The notes under the pieces: model-generated | Seen by the model: the letters and a program-made list of their open reading frames with translations, nothing else | Databases searched by the model: none | Told to the model about the DNA's origin: nothing | Program-made: the position numbers and the translations under genes | Part shown: piece by piece, positions 17,946 through 27,385 of the stretch | How positions within the stretch are numbered: the stretch's first letter is position 1 | How the letters are laid out: every line of letters begins with the position of its first letter | Assembly (NCBI GenBank): GCA_964534375.1 | Contig: CAZHPN010000026.1 | Span: forward strand, 14,389 to 44,924 | Source: an uncultured bacterium | GTDB lineage: Bacteria; Lernaellota; Lernaellaia; Lernaellales; Lernaellaceae | Direction: 5' to 3' | DNA length: 30,536 nt

Positions 17946-20219
17946 GTGGCGACGCGGGCGGCGGCGGGTCCGGGCGGCTGGCGATTGGCGGCGCTGTTTG
18001 CCGCGCTGGGCGCTTACGCCTTGATCGCGCAAACGGCCTTGTTGCGGCAATTCCTGGTGATTTTCGGCGGCAACGAGTTGGCCCTCGGCCTGTTTTTCGG
18101 AGCTTGGTTCGCCGGCATCGGGGCGGGCGCCGCCGCGCTCGGGCGGACGACGGAGCGACGCACGCCGTCGGCCCGCGGTTTGCGGATTTTGCTCGCCGTC
18201 GGCGCGATCCTCCCGCCGCTGATTCTCGTCGCGATGAAGACAACACCCGTCTGGCTGCGCCTGCCGCCCGGACTAGCCCCGACGTGGCGCGTCGTCGCCT
18301 TGGCCGGGCTGCTGTGCGCGCCGCTCGGATTTTGGATCGGGGCCGCTTTCCCCTTGTTTTCCGCCGCGGCCGGCGAGGCGGACGCCGTCGGCCGCATGTT
18401 CGTTTGGGAAGCCGTCGGCAGCGTCGGCGGCGGCCTGACCTTCTCGTTCGTCCTGGCGCTGTTCACGCCGCCGATCAGCGCGGCCGCCGCGGCGTCGACG
18501 ATTCTGCTGCTGGGCGCGGCGGCGGCCGACTGGCCGCGGTCGCTGCGCCGGCCGGGCGCCTGGGCCGCCGCGGCGGCGCTCGCGGCGTTTATCGCTTCGC
18601 CGCTCGGCGATCGCGCCGAGCAGGGGCTCGAACGGCTGCGGTTCCGCGTGCTGGGGTCGAGCGCGAACTTCGAACGCTCGATCCAGACCCGTTACGAAAA
18701 CGTCACATTCTCGCGAAGCGGCGAACAGACGCAGCTCTTCGGCAACGGCGCCTATCTGGACAGCTTCCCCGACGCCTACGCGCATCAGCAAGAGGCGGCG
18801 TTATTGCTGTCGCTGCGCCCGGCGCCGCGGCGCATCGCCTTGCTGGACGGCGGCCTGACCGGCCTCGCCGGCGAATTGCTGCGCGCGCGCATCGACCGCC
18901 TGGACATCGCCTATCTCGACGCGCAATTGACGCGCGAGATCATTCGCCGTCTGCCGCGGGCGGCGCAGGCTTGGACAGGCGACCCGCGCCTGCAGATTTG
19001 GCCGGCCGACGCGCGGCGGTTCGTGCAAAGGGCGCGCAACCGGTACGACCTCGTCGCGGTGCTGGCGCCGGATCCGTCGACGGCGCTGCTCAATCGGTTG
19101 TTCACCCGGGAGTTTTTCGCCGAGGCGAAGGCGGCGTTGACGGAGAAGGGCGTGCTCGTCGTCTCGTTGACGGCGGCCGCGAACTACGTCGGCGAGGAGG
19201 TTGGGCTGTACGTCGGTTCGGTGTATGCGACGCTGCGTTCGGTTTTTCCGGAGGTCGCCATTTTCCCCGACGACCAGGTCTGGCTTGTCGCCGGCCGCAC
19301 CGCCGGTTCGGTGACCGCCGACCCGGCCGCGTTGAAGGCCAACTACGAAGCCGCGTTCGCCGGCCGCCCGCCGCTGCCGCCCGAGGTAATCGATCTGTAC
19401 GTGATGCCCGACCGGATCGAACGCACGAAAACGGCGCTGGCCGGTTACCCGGCGTCGATCAACCGCGACCTGCGCCCGGTGTCGTATCTGGCGTTTCTGC
19501 GCATCTGGGACCAGTTCGCGGGCGGCCGGCTGGCCGGGTTGCTCGCTTGGTTGACCGCGGCTTCGCGCGGCCTCTGGTTGGCGCTGGCGGCGGCCCTGGC
19601 GGCCTGCTGCGTCGCCTGGCCGTTGCTCGGTCGCGCGGCGACCGGCGCGGGTCGGTATGGCCTGGTCAGCGTGGCGTCGAGCGGGTTCTGCGCGATCGGC
19701 GCCGTCATCGTCTCGTCGTTGGTTTACCAATCGCTCTTCGGGCAGATGTACCAGATGGCCGCGGTGTTGTTCGCGTCGTACATGGTCGGCCTCGCGCTCG
19801 GCGGTCAACTGGCCATGCGGTGGGGACGCGAGAAAAAACTCCCGATCGCCGGATTGCTGGCCGGCGACGCTTGGCTCGCCGCCTGTTTTCTGGCCGAACT
19901 CCTGTTTTTGCCCTGGGCCGTCGGTCGCCCGACGGCGCTGGTGCAAGCGACGCTGCTGGCGCTCGTGACCCTGACGGGCGCCGGCGCGGGCGTGGCGTTC
20001 CCGCTCGCCGCGCAGACGCTCGCCGCGCAGGGCGTCGCCGCCGGCCGGCGCGCGGGCCGGGTCGACGCGGCGGATCATTTGGCGGCAATGGTCGGTTCGT
20101 TGCTGGTCGGCGTGGTGTTGTTGCCCGTCGTCGGCGTCCAGTTGGCCTTCGCGATGATGGCCGGGCTGAAAATCGCCTCCGGCCTGGGCGGCCTTCTGAG
20201 TTTGGCGCGAAAAACGTAA
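17946..20219 (+). CDS. Fused MFS-like membrane / spermidine-synthase-like SAM-fold protein
   Basis: AAGGAGG RBS and GTG start; IFGGNELALGLFFGAW, EAVGSVGG TM region; central DARRFV...YDLV...PDPSTALLNRLFTREFF; NRDLRP; C-terminal TM region. Confidence 0.85.
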   Translation: MATRAAAGPGGWRLAALFAALGAYALIAQTALLRQFLVIFGGNELALGLFFGAWFAGIGAGAAALGRTTERRTPSARGLRILLAVGAILPPLILVAMKTTPVWLRLPPGLAPTWRVVALAGLLCAPLGFWIGAAFPLFSAAAGEADAVGRMFVWEAVGSVGGGLTFSFVLALFTPPISAAAAASTILLLGAAAADWPRSLRRPGAWAAAAALAAFIASPLGDRAEQGLERLRFRVLGSSANFERSIQTRYENVTFSRSGEQTQLFGNGAYLDSFPDAYAHQQEAALLLSLRPAPRRIALLDGGLTGLAGELLRARIDRLDIAYLDAQLTREIIRRLPRAAQAWTGDPRLQIWPADARRFVQRARNRYDLVAVLAPDPSTALLNRLFTREFFAEAKAALTEKGVLVVSLTAAANYVGEEVGLYVGSVYATLRSVFPEVAIFPDDQVWLVAGRTAGSVTADPAALKANYEAAFAGRPPLPPEVIDLYVMPDRIERTKTALAGYPASINRDLRPVSYLAFLRIWDQFAGGRLAGLLAWLTAASRGLWLALAAALAACCVAWPLLGRAATGAGRYGLVSVASSGFCAIGAVIVSSLVYQSLFGQMYQMAAVLFASYMVGLALGGQLAMRWGREKKLPIAGLLAGDAWLAACFLAELLFLPWAVGRPTALVQATLLALVTLTGAGAGVAFPLAAQTLAAQGVAAGRRAGRVDAADHLAAMVGSLLVGVVLLPVVGVQLAFAMMAGLKIASGLGGLLSLARKT

Positions 20220-20265
20220 GCGAATGGTTATTTTCTCGTAGTGGCCGCCACGCAGGAGTCGCGTC

Positions 20266-20895
20266 ATGGGCGAGATCGTCAACCGCGGGATCGAAAAGTA
20301 CCTGGCGACCATTCGGCCGCCGCGCGACGAAATCCTGCGCGAAATGGAACGACTGGCCGGCGCGCGCGAATTTCCCATCGTCGGGCCCGACGTCGGCCGC
20401 TTGCTGTTCAACCTGGCCCGCGCAATCGGCGCGAAACGAATCCTCGAACTCGGCTCGGGTTTCGGCTACAGCGCCTTTTGGTTCGCGCAGGCGCTGCCGC
20501 CCGACGGCGATCTGCACTGCACCGATCTGCGCCGCGAAAACCAGCGCGCCGCCGAGAATTATTTCCAGCGCGCCGGCCTGGCCAGCAAGTTGACCTTCCA
20601 TGTCGGCCACGCCCTGGAAATCGCCGGCGCGTTGTCCGGGCCGTTCGACATCGTGTTCAACGACATCGACAAAGAAGAGTACCCGCGCGCGATCGCCGTC
20701 GCGCTGTCGCTGCTGCGGCCCGGCGGCTTGTTTCTCACCGACAATGCGTTGTGGGACGGCAAGGTTGCGGAACCCGGCCCGGACGAACCGACCCAAGCCG
20801 TGCTCCGCTTCAACGACGAATTGGCGCGCCATCCGGGCTTCTCGACCGTCGTCCTGCCGCTTCGCGACGGCGTGTCCGTGGCGGTCAAGCTATAA
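20266..20895 (+). CDS. O-methyltransferase (caffeoyl-CoA OMT / Methyltransf_3 family)
   Basis: PIVGPDVGRLL, ILELGSGFGYSA, FDIVFNDIDKEEY, LRPGGLFLTDNALWDG, LPLRDGV; AGGAG RBS. Confidence 0.92.
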   Translation: MGEIVNRGIEKYLATIRPPRDEILREMERLAGAREFPIVGPDVGRLLFNLARAIGAKRILELGSGFGYSAFWFAQALPPDGDLHCTDLRRENQRAAENYFQRAGLASKLTFHVGHALEIAGALSGPFDIVFNDIDKEEYPRAIAVALSLLRPGGLFLTDNALWDGKVAEPGPDEPTQAVLRFNDELARHPGFSTVVLPLRDGVSVAVKL

Positions 20896-20958
20896 TGCAG
20901 AATGTTGAATGGCGAATGGAGAAACGCGGGCCGCGTCGCCAATTCTTCCTTCGCCATT

Positions 20959-22473
20959 TCAGCGAAACAGCAGGCCGCCGGCAAACCGCCACGCCGGATC
21001 GGGTTTAGCCAGGAAGCCGGTGGGATTCTTTTCGTTGGTCGCCGGCCCTTTGAAGTAGTTGCCGGGTTGGAAGTAGTCGACTTCGGCCAGCCATGTCAAA
21101 CGCTTGACCGGCGTGAATTCCAACCAGAAATCGACCTCCGTGCCGTAGTACCGGCCGGCGTCCTGCGCGACCGAGGCGTACGGAATCGGCGGCACGACGA
21201 GGTTGTTGGCGAACTGCGGCCGGCTGTATTGCGCCGCCAGCGCCGCCGCCTGAAGGTTGATGGCGAGCCAATCCAGGGGCGTAAACTCCGCGTAAAACTT
21301 GCCGCCGAAGAAACCGCTGCCCTGCACCGCCGGCGAGGTGAAGCCGGTCGCCGCCAGATAGGGACCGCCGTCGAAGAAAAAGCGCGTGAAGTCGAAATTC
21401 GCCTTGATGTCGAGAAAGCCCGTGTAGCGTTTCGCCTGCGGCCGCGGATCGTGGCCCGTGACGAACGCGCCGGCGGCGCCGAAGCGCCAAAAACTTCGGC
21501 CGTAACCGGCGTCGAGCATGGCGAGATAGCCCTGCACGTTGTCGATTTGCGCCTGGGAACCCCGACCGGGCGACAGGCTCCCGAAATTCATCACCGCGTT
21601 GGCGTCGACCTTCAACCCCTGTTCGTCGTAGCAAAACTCGCCGCCCGCCCAGAACAGATGGCCGTGGGACAACGACGCGGCGGTCGTCGTCGACGGGCCG
21701 GTCAGCCACGCGCCGATCGCGCTGGTCCCGCCCAACGAGATTTCCGGCGGGGCGTTGCCGGGGCCGGCCGTGATGTCGCGGAACGAAAGCGAACTGAGAT
21801 AGAGCGAGCCGTGATAGTCCGGATGCTTGGGGAATTCGTAGGCCAGGGCGGCGTACACGTCCTCGATTTCGCTCGTGCCGTCGAAGTCGAGGGCGGCCGC
21901 CTCGCCGCGCAGTTTGCCGAACTCGGCGCCCCGCCACCACAGGGCGAGGCCGTCGGCGTCGGCCTGGCCCACGACCAACGCGTGCGGCGTGTCGAAATTC
22001 TGCCGGCCGATGCGCCAGCCGAGAATGCCGCCCAGATCGTGCTCGCCTTCCAGGTAATAATTTTTCAACCGCAGGACTTCGGCGTTATTGATCGTCACAT
22101 TGGCCGACGGGTCGCCGAACCCCTGCTCGCGGGCCTGGCTCGGATTGACCTCGATGGTGAACCGGCTCGCGATATGCTCGGTGAAGCGGCCGGTCAGCAT
22201 CAGGCGGAATTGCGTTTCCAAGACATTGAAGTAGTTTTCGTTCGTGCCGATCTGACTATTGAAGTTGCCGGTTTGCGGGGTGAGGCTGCGGCCGAAAATG
22301 CCGCTTTCGACGCGAAAATTGTCCTGTGTGACGTACAACGCCTGCAAATTCACGTCGGCGGAAAAATTGGGATACGCGGCCGCCGGGTCGTCGGCCGCCG
22401 CGGGCGCGGCCGCGAGCAGCAGCGCCCAAAGCAGCGCCGATAGCGGCGCGATCGCGAGACGTCGGCTAGTCAT
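20959..22473 (-). CDS. Outer-membrane beta-barrel protein (alginate-export/porin-like)
   Basis: Signal peptide; WRIGRQNF, DADGL, TGHDP, YYGTEVDF, YFQPGNYF; C-terminal aromatic strand GGLLFR. Confidence 0.7.
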   Translation of the reverse strand: MTSRRLAIAPLSALLWALLLAAAPAAADDPAAAYPNFSADVNLQALYVTQDNFRVESGIFGRSLTPQTGNFNSQIGTNENYFNVLETQFRLMLTGRFTEHIASRFTIEVNPSQAREQGFGDPSANVTINNAEVLRLKNYYLEGEHDLGGILGWRIGRQNFDTPHALVVGQADADGLALWWRGAEFGKLRGEAAALDFDGTSEIEDVYAALAYEFPKHPDYHGSLYLSSLSFRDITAGPGNAPPEISLGGTSAIGAWLTGPSTTTAASLSHGHLFWAGGEFCYDEQGLKVDANAVMNFGSLSPGRGSQAQIDNVQGYLAMLDAGYGRSFWRFGAAGAFVTGHDPRPQAKRYTGFLDIKANFDFTRFFFDGGPYLAATGFTSPAVQGSGFFGGKFYAEFTPLDWLAINLQAAALAAQYSRPQFANNLVVPPIPYASVAQDAGRYYGTEVDFWLEFTPVKRLTWLAEVDYFQPGNYFKGPATNEKNPTGFLAKPDPAWRFAGGLLFR

Positions 22474-22506
22474 CTCCCCCGTTCCGTAGACCGCGCGCGG
22501 CGGGCG

Positions 22507-23340
22507 TCATTGCGGCGGCGCCGGGGCCGGCGGATTGGGCGCCGGCGGCGCGGCCGGTTTCTCCGGCGCGCGCGGCGCGGCGGCCGTCGGCGAACCTTCG
22601 GATTTTTCCGTGGTGCCGCCGCCGAAGTTGATTTCGATCTGCAGGAAGACGTTGTTGAAGCGCAAATCGGGCCCGCGGTATAGATTGCCGTTGTTCAGCC
22701 AGCCCTGGCCCATGAGTTCGAGATTCGCGCCGGCGGTGACGCCGGGCAGGAACATGCCGAAGCCGCCGTCAATGTCTTCCGCGAAGCGCACCGGCCAGAA
22801 ATAGGAGAAACCGATTGTCGCGTAATTCACGCTGCGCTCGATCGTCGCGTTGTTCAAGACGGAAGCAGGCTGAACGCCGGGGCCCGGGGCCGGCCCGAAG
22901 CCGAGCTTGTGGACGTCGCCGTGAAAATGGAGCGTCGTTTCCGCGCCGCCGACGCCCAGGAACGGATACGCCAAACCGCCCGGCCCATTGACGACGACAT
23001 AGCCGACATCCAGCTCGCCGCCGAACGAGGTCAATTTCGCGTTGACGCCGTCGCCGCCGCCCAGCGAGATTTGCGATCCCGCGCCCTGCAGGCCGAGAAT
23101 CATTTTCTCCAAAATCAAGCCGCGCGCCTGGACCGCCAACGTCGGCCAGATGGTCGACAGCTTCGTAATGCCGACCGCGCCGAGATCGGAGTTCAAGCCG
23201 CTGACGTTGAAATACCGCCCGTTGGCCGCGGCGCCGACCCAACCGGCGAACTGAATCGGGTCGTCGCCCGCGAGCGCCGGCGACGCCGCCAGCGCCGCGC
23301 AAACCAAGGCCGCGCCAATCACGAACAATCGATTTTTCAT
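22507..23340 (-). CDS. Secreted small outer-membrane barrel-like protein (paralog A) with a Pro/Ala-rich tail
   Basis: Signal MKNRLFV...SPALA-G; GGELDVGY, AYPFLGVGG, FLQIEINFGGG. Confidence 0.7.
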   Translation of the reverse strand: MKNRLFVIGAALVCAALAASPALAGDDPIQFAGWVGAAANGRYFNVSGLNSDLGAVGITKLSTIWPTLAVQARGLILEKMILGLQGAGSQISLGGGDGVNAKLTSFGGELDVGYVVVNGPGGLAYPFLGVGGAETTLHFHGDVHKLGFGPAPGPGVQPASVLNNATIERSVNYATIGFSYFWPVRFAEDIDGGFGMFLPGVTAGANLELMGQGWLNNGNLYRGPDLRFNNVFLQIEINFGGGTTEKSEGSPTAAAPRAPEKPAAPPAPNPPAPAPPQ

Positions 23341-23388
23341 GGCGCTCAGAATAGCCGGAGTCGGGCCGCCTTGCAAACGCCGCTCAGG

Positions 23389-24099
23389 TCAACGCGCCCG
23401 AGCCACGCCGCCGCCGAACGACACGTCGACGTTCAAAAAGAACGTGTTGAGCGGCTGCGCGCCGAGGCCGGCGATCTCGTGCCCGCCGGCGTCGCGCCAG
23501 CGGCGGTCGCCGACGTTGAACGTCGCGCCGGCGGCGATGCCGCCCAGGAACATCGCCAAGCGATCTTCCGTTTCGCCGACGGCCAGCCGCACCGGGTAGT
23601 GATACGCGAAACCGACGGCAACGACGGCGCTCGTCTGGCGGGCGGTGTTGTTCCCGTTGTACCACTTGACCAAATCCAAGCGATTGCCCGCGGGCAGGCT
23701 CAAAACGCTTTGATAACCGCCCGCGCCGACGAACGGGTAGGCCAGGCCGTAGACATTGTTGACCGCCGCGTAGCCGAACTCCGCGCTGCCGCCGGCGCAG
23801 TAGTACTTGGCGTCGAGCCGCGCGCCGCGCGCGAGGAAGAACGCCGTGTCGCCGCGCCCGTCGATCACGAAGCGTTCGCCCAGCAGCGCCGCCGCATGGA
23901 CGCCGAGCAGCGGCATGTCGCTGGGCAGCGTCGCGCCCGCGGATTCCAGGTAATGGTTGACGCTCGTGACGTTGAGATAGCGGACGCCCAGCGTGAGGCC
24001 GCCGAAACCCGCAAGCTCAATGGGCCCCGCGTCTTGCGCGGCGGCTGGTAGACACGGTGCAAAGAGAGTCAGGAAAAAGACGACCGGCAAAAAGCGCAT
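23389..24099 (-). CDS. Secreted small outer-membrane barrel-like protein (paralog B)
   Basis: Signal MRFLPVVFF...AAA-Q; GGSAEFGY, AYPFVGAGG, FLNVDVSFGGG collinear with paralog A; start uncertain (24159 possible). Confidence 0.7.
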   Translation of the reverse strand: MRFLPVVFFLTLFAPCLPAAAQDAGPIELAGFGGLTLGVRYLNVTSVNHYLESAGATLPSDMPLLGVHAAALLGERFVIDGRGDTAFFLARGARLDAKYYCAGGSAEFGYAAVNNVYGLAYPFVGAGGYQSVLSLPAGNRLDLVKWYNGNNTARQTSAVVAVGFAYHYPVRLAVGETEDRLAMFLGGIAAGATFNVGDRRWRDAGGHEIAGLGAQPLNTFFLNVDVSFGGGVARAR

Positions 24100-24576
24100 C
24101 CGCCGCCCCGGGCGGATCGCGTGCGTGCAGGGGTTCATCGGTTCAAAGTTGGACGGCATCGACCCACCTGACCTCTCGATCCAGATGCGGTTTGCGTTAC
24201 GGTTTTCTGTTCGCTGATATCCGGAACCGGGCCGCTCGTCAAGCGCGTTCCAGCCGGGTGATCGCCACGGCGCCCGCTCCGGCCGGCGCGGGGATGACAA
24301 ATCAAGAGGCGCGACCGGCGTGACGTCGGGCGCATCGATCAACGCGAGCGACCGGCAACATCGACAGTCTCTGAAGAACTTCTTCCAACTCCTCAGGTCG
24401 CGGTTTATTTGTAGATTCGATCAAATCCCATCGGGACCGACCCGCCGGACGCTTGTTTTTTTCTCTGCTGTTTCCTCCCGGTTTTTCGATTCGCATTTCT
24501 TCAAAAGTTACGTCAAGTTATTGAAAATAAAGCGGTTGTCGCGAAATGCGGCGGTCGTCCGCCGAATCCGCAGCGC

Positions 24577-24628
24577 TTGACTTCGTGCCTGCCGTACGTA
24601 TACTTGAAAAGCCTACCCGCGAGGTAGG
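24577..24628 (+). promoter_or_regulatory. sigma70 promoter of the iscS operon with a candidate Rrf2 operator
   Basis: TTGACT (24577-24582), 16 bp spacer, TATACT (24599-24604); palindrome CCTACC-n5-GGTAGG (24612-24628). Confidence 0.6.
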
Positions 24629-24657
24629 ATTAGTACGTTTGCGAGGGTTTAAAGCCG

Positions 24658-25884
24658 ATGAATCCCATTTATCTTGACCACAATGCGACCACGCCTGTCG
24701 ACCCGCTGGTTTTAGAAGCAATGCTCCCATATTGGAAGGAAACGTTCGGCAACGCCAGTTCGCTGCATCTGTTCGGCCTGGCGGCGAAAAAAGGGATGGA
24801 CGAAGCGCGCGCGAACGTGGCGAGCCATTTGGGCTGCGAGCCGCGCGAGGTGATCTTCACCTCGGGCGCGACCGAGGCCGACAATCACGTGCTGCTGGGC
24901 GCGTACGAGGCGACGAAGAAAAAGGGCAACCACATCGTCATCAGCGCGATCGAGCACCCGGCGATCTTGAACACGGCCGAGCGCCTCGAAAAACTGGGCG
25001 CGAGCGTGACGCGCGTGGGCGTCGACCGGCGCGGCGTCGTCGACGCCGAAGCCGTGCGCGCGGCGCTGCGCGACGACACCATCCTGGTCTCGATCATGTA
25101 CGTGAACAACGAGACCGGCGCGATTCAGCCGATCCCCGAAATCGGCAAGATCGTCAAAGAGCGCGGCATTCAATTCCACACCGATGCCGTGCAGGCCGGC
25201 GGCAAACTGGGCCTGCGCGTCGACGAACTCGGCGTCGATTTCATGAGCCTGTCGGGGCACAAGATCTATGGGCCTAAGGGCGTCGGCGTGCTCTACGTCC
25301 GCCGCGGCTCGTTCATCCGGCCGCTGCTGACCGGCGGCCACCACGAATTCAACCGGCGCGCCGGCACCGAAAACGTCGCGGGCTTCGTCGGCTTCGCCAC
25401 GGCGTTTGCGCTGGCGCACGAGCGGCGCGCGGCGGACGAGGCGCGCATCGCGCAAATCCGCGACGCGTTGCAGGCGCGGCTGCGGGCGCTCGTGCCGCAT
25501 ATCTATGTGACGGCCGGCGAGGCCCCGCGCGTCGCGAATACGCTGAACGTGCTGTTCCATTTCGTCGAAGGCGAGGGCCTGCTGATGCGGCTGTCGCTGA
25601 ACCACGGCATCGCGATCAGCAGCGGCAGCGCCTGCACGTCGGGCAGTCTCGAACCGAGTCACGTCCTCGCGGCGATGGGCATTTCGAAGCAGCTCGGCAA
25701 CAGCGGCGTGCGCATCTCGCTGGGCCGCGGCAACTCAATGGCCGAGGTGGAAACGATCGCCCAGGCGCTGGCCAAAGAGGTGGCGACGCTGCGCGCGATG
25801 AGCCCGCTCTACGACGCGTACGAGCGCGGCAAAATGAAAGACGAAGACCGCGTCGCCTACGAGACGTGGTCGACGGCGCAGTAA
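24658..25884 (+). CDS. iscS: Cysteine desulfurase (group I, IscS/NifS)
   Basis: IYLDHNATT, FGNASSLH, FTSGATEADN, HTDAVQA, SGHKIYGPKG (PLP Lys), SSGSACTSGSLEPSHVL. Confidence 0.96.
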   Translation: MNPIYLDHNATTPVDPLVLEAMLPYWKETFGNASSLHLFGLAAKKGMDEARANVASHLGCEPREVIFTSGATEADNHVLLGAYEATKKKGNHIVISAIEHPAILNTAERLEKLGASVTRVGVDRRGVVDAEAVRAALRDDTILVSIMYVNNETGAIQPIPEIGKIVKERGIQFHTDAVQAGGKLGLRVDELGVDFMSLSGHKIYGPKGVGVLYVRRGSFIRPLLTGGHHEFNRRAGTENVAGFVGFATAFALAHERRAADEARIAQIRDALQARLRALVPHIYVTAGEAPRVANTLNVLFHFVEGEGLLMRLSLNHGIAISSGSACTSGSLEPSHVLAAMGISKQLGNSGVRISLGRGNSMAEVETIAQALAKEVATLRAMSPLYDAYERGKMKDEDRVAYETWSTAQ

Positions 25885-25915
25885 ACCACGGGGACTAGCC
25901 GCAACCGAGGGTGAG

Positions 25916-26368
25916 ATGGCGTTTCGCATATCGACAAAGGGCCGCTACGGGCTGCGGGCGCTGATCGATCTGGCCGCGCAAAACGGGGACCGCCCGATTT
26001 TGCTGGCGGATATCGCGCGCCGGCAGGGCGTCAGCAAACGCTACCTGGAGCGGCTGTTCACCCAACTGCGCAGCGGCGGCGTGATTCGCAGCGTCCGCGG
26101 GGCCGCCGGCGGCTACCTGCTGGCCCGGAACGCGGCGGAGATCCGGATCGTCGACGTGCTGGAGTTGCTCGAAGGGCCGATTCGCCCGGCCGACTGCACC
26201 GGGCGGCGCGGCGACGATTGCCGCCGGCGCGAAAAATGCGTCACCTACGAGTTGTGGCGCGACCTGGGCGAGGCGATCCGCGCCAAGCTCGCCGGCGTGA
26301 CGTTGGAAGACCTGCGGCGCCGCCAGACCGTGCTCGACGAGGCGGCCGTGCAGAGCTTTGAAATTTGA
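25916..26368 (+). CDS. Rrf2-family transcriptional regulator (IscR-like, three Cys)
   Basis: ISTKGRYGLRALIDLA, YLERLF, SVRGAAGGYLL, LEGP, C-x7-C-x5-C. Confidence 0.92.
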   Translation: MAFRISTKGRYGLRALIDLAAQNGDRPILLADIARRQGVSKRYLERLFTQLRSGGVIRSVRGAAGGYLLARNAAEIRIVDVLELLEGPIRPADCTGRRGDDCRRREKCVTYELWRDLGEAIRAKLAGVTLEDLRRRQTVLDEAAVQSFEI

Positions 26369-26447
26369 GCGGGCGGGATTCCGGCGGTTGAATTCCGCGA
26401 ACGTGCGCCTTATCGTTTGACGCGCTCGCAACGGGCGGAGGATTCCG

Positions 26448-27146
26448 ATGTACAGCCAGAAAGTCATGGAGCATTTCAGCAATCCGCGGAACGTCGGGGT
26501 GATCGAGAACGCCGACGGCGTCGGCGAAGAAGGCAATCCGGTCTGCGGCGACATGATGACCTTTTACATCAAGGTCGACGACGGCGTCTTGACCGATGTG
26601 AAATACAAGACCTTCGGCTGCGGCGCGGCCATCGCCGTTTCGAGCATGATCAGCACCATGGCGATCGGCAAGACCATCGCCGATGTGCTCAAGATTTCGC
26701 GCGCCGACGTCGCCCAGGAACTCGACGGCCTGCCGTCGCAGAAAATGCACTGCTCCAATCTCGGCGCCGACGCCCTGCGCAAGGCCATCCAGGATTATTT
26801 CAGCCGCCATCCGGAACTCGCCGCAAGAGTGCCGACGCCGGAGCAGACGCGCGAAGAAGTCTACGCCGATCGCTTCGGGCCGATCCCGGCCGCGCCGCCG
26901 GTCGCCGCCGCGGGCGATCCCCACGCGACGGCCTCGCTCAAGGTTTCGACGCCGAAAAAAGTCGGCTGCGCCCCGCACGACGGCATGGCCTGCTGCCCAT
27001 TCTGCGACGCCGAAATTCCGCAGGACAGCCACGTCTGCGACCCGTGCGGCAAAGAGCTCGCGCGCTGCCCGAAGTGCGGCGCGCTGATGGCCAAAGGCGC
27101 GCACGACTGCCCCGTCTGCGGCGCGGATTTGGACGCGGCGCACTGA
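26448..27146 (+). CDS. iscU: Fe-S scaffold IscU/NifU-N fused to a C-terminal double zinc ribbon
   Basis: YSQKVMEHFSNPRNVG, GNPVCGD, FGCGAAIA, LPSQKMHCSNL; then CPFC, CDPC, CPKC, CPVC; GGAGG RBS. Confidence 0.92.
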   Translation: MYSQKVMEHFSNPRNVGVIENADGVGEEGNPVCGDMMTFYIKVDDGVLTDVKYKTFGCGAAIAVSSMISTMAIGKTIADVLKISRADVAQELDGLPSQKMHCSNLGADALRKAIQDYFSRHPELAARVPTPEQTREEVYADRFGPIPAAPPVAAAGDPHATASLKVSTPKKVGCAPHDGMACCPFCDAEIPQDSHVCDPCGKELARCPKCGALMAKGAHDCPVCGADLDAAH

Positions 27147-27385
27147 AGGACTCTGCCGAGATATTGTTCCGAAATCGGTTGTGTTAATGACCCCTTCTTG
27201 GAACCGCGACCGCAAATTGAACGCCGGTCGCTGCAACCGCTGAATGGGAAAAGGGAAATCTCCGTGGGGAAAAACTGGATCTGTATTTTCCCCAATACCC
27301 GCCAACGTTCGGAAACATGCCGCGTTGTGGGGTCGGAGATCTGAACGGAAAAACGAATGAACCGGGAAGTAAATGCGATTGAATG

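Noticed and set aside
5281..24372. 13-bp inverted pair AGAGACTGTCGAT (5281-5293) and ATCGACAGTCTCT (24360-24372) as ends of a 19-kb element
   Set aside because: No transposase, no matching target duplication, housekeeping content in between, and a 13-bp match can arise by chance; at most these are two isolated MITE-like ends
24100..24560. Short ORFs between barrel paralog B and iscS
   Set aside because: No motifs, poor codon bias and no convincing RBS; treated as a divergent promoter region
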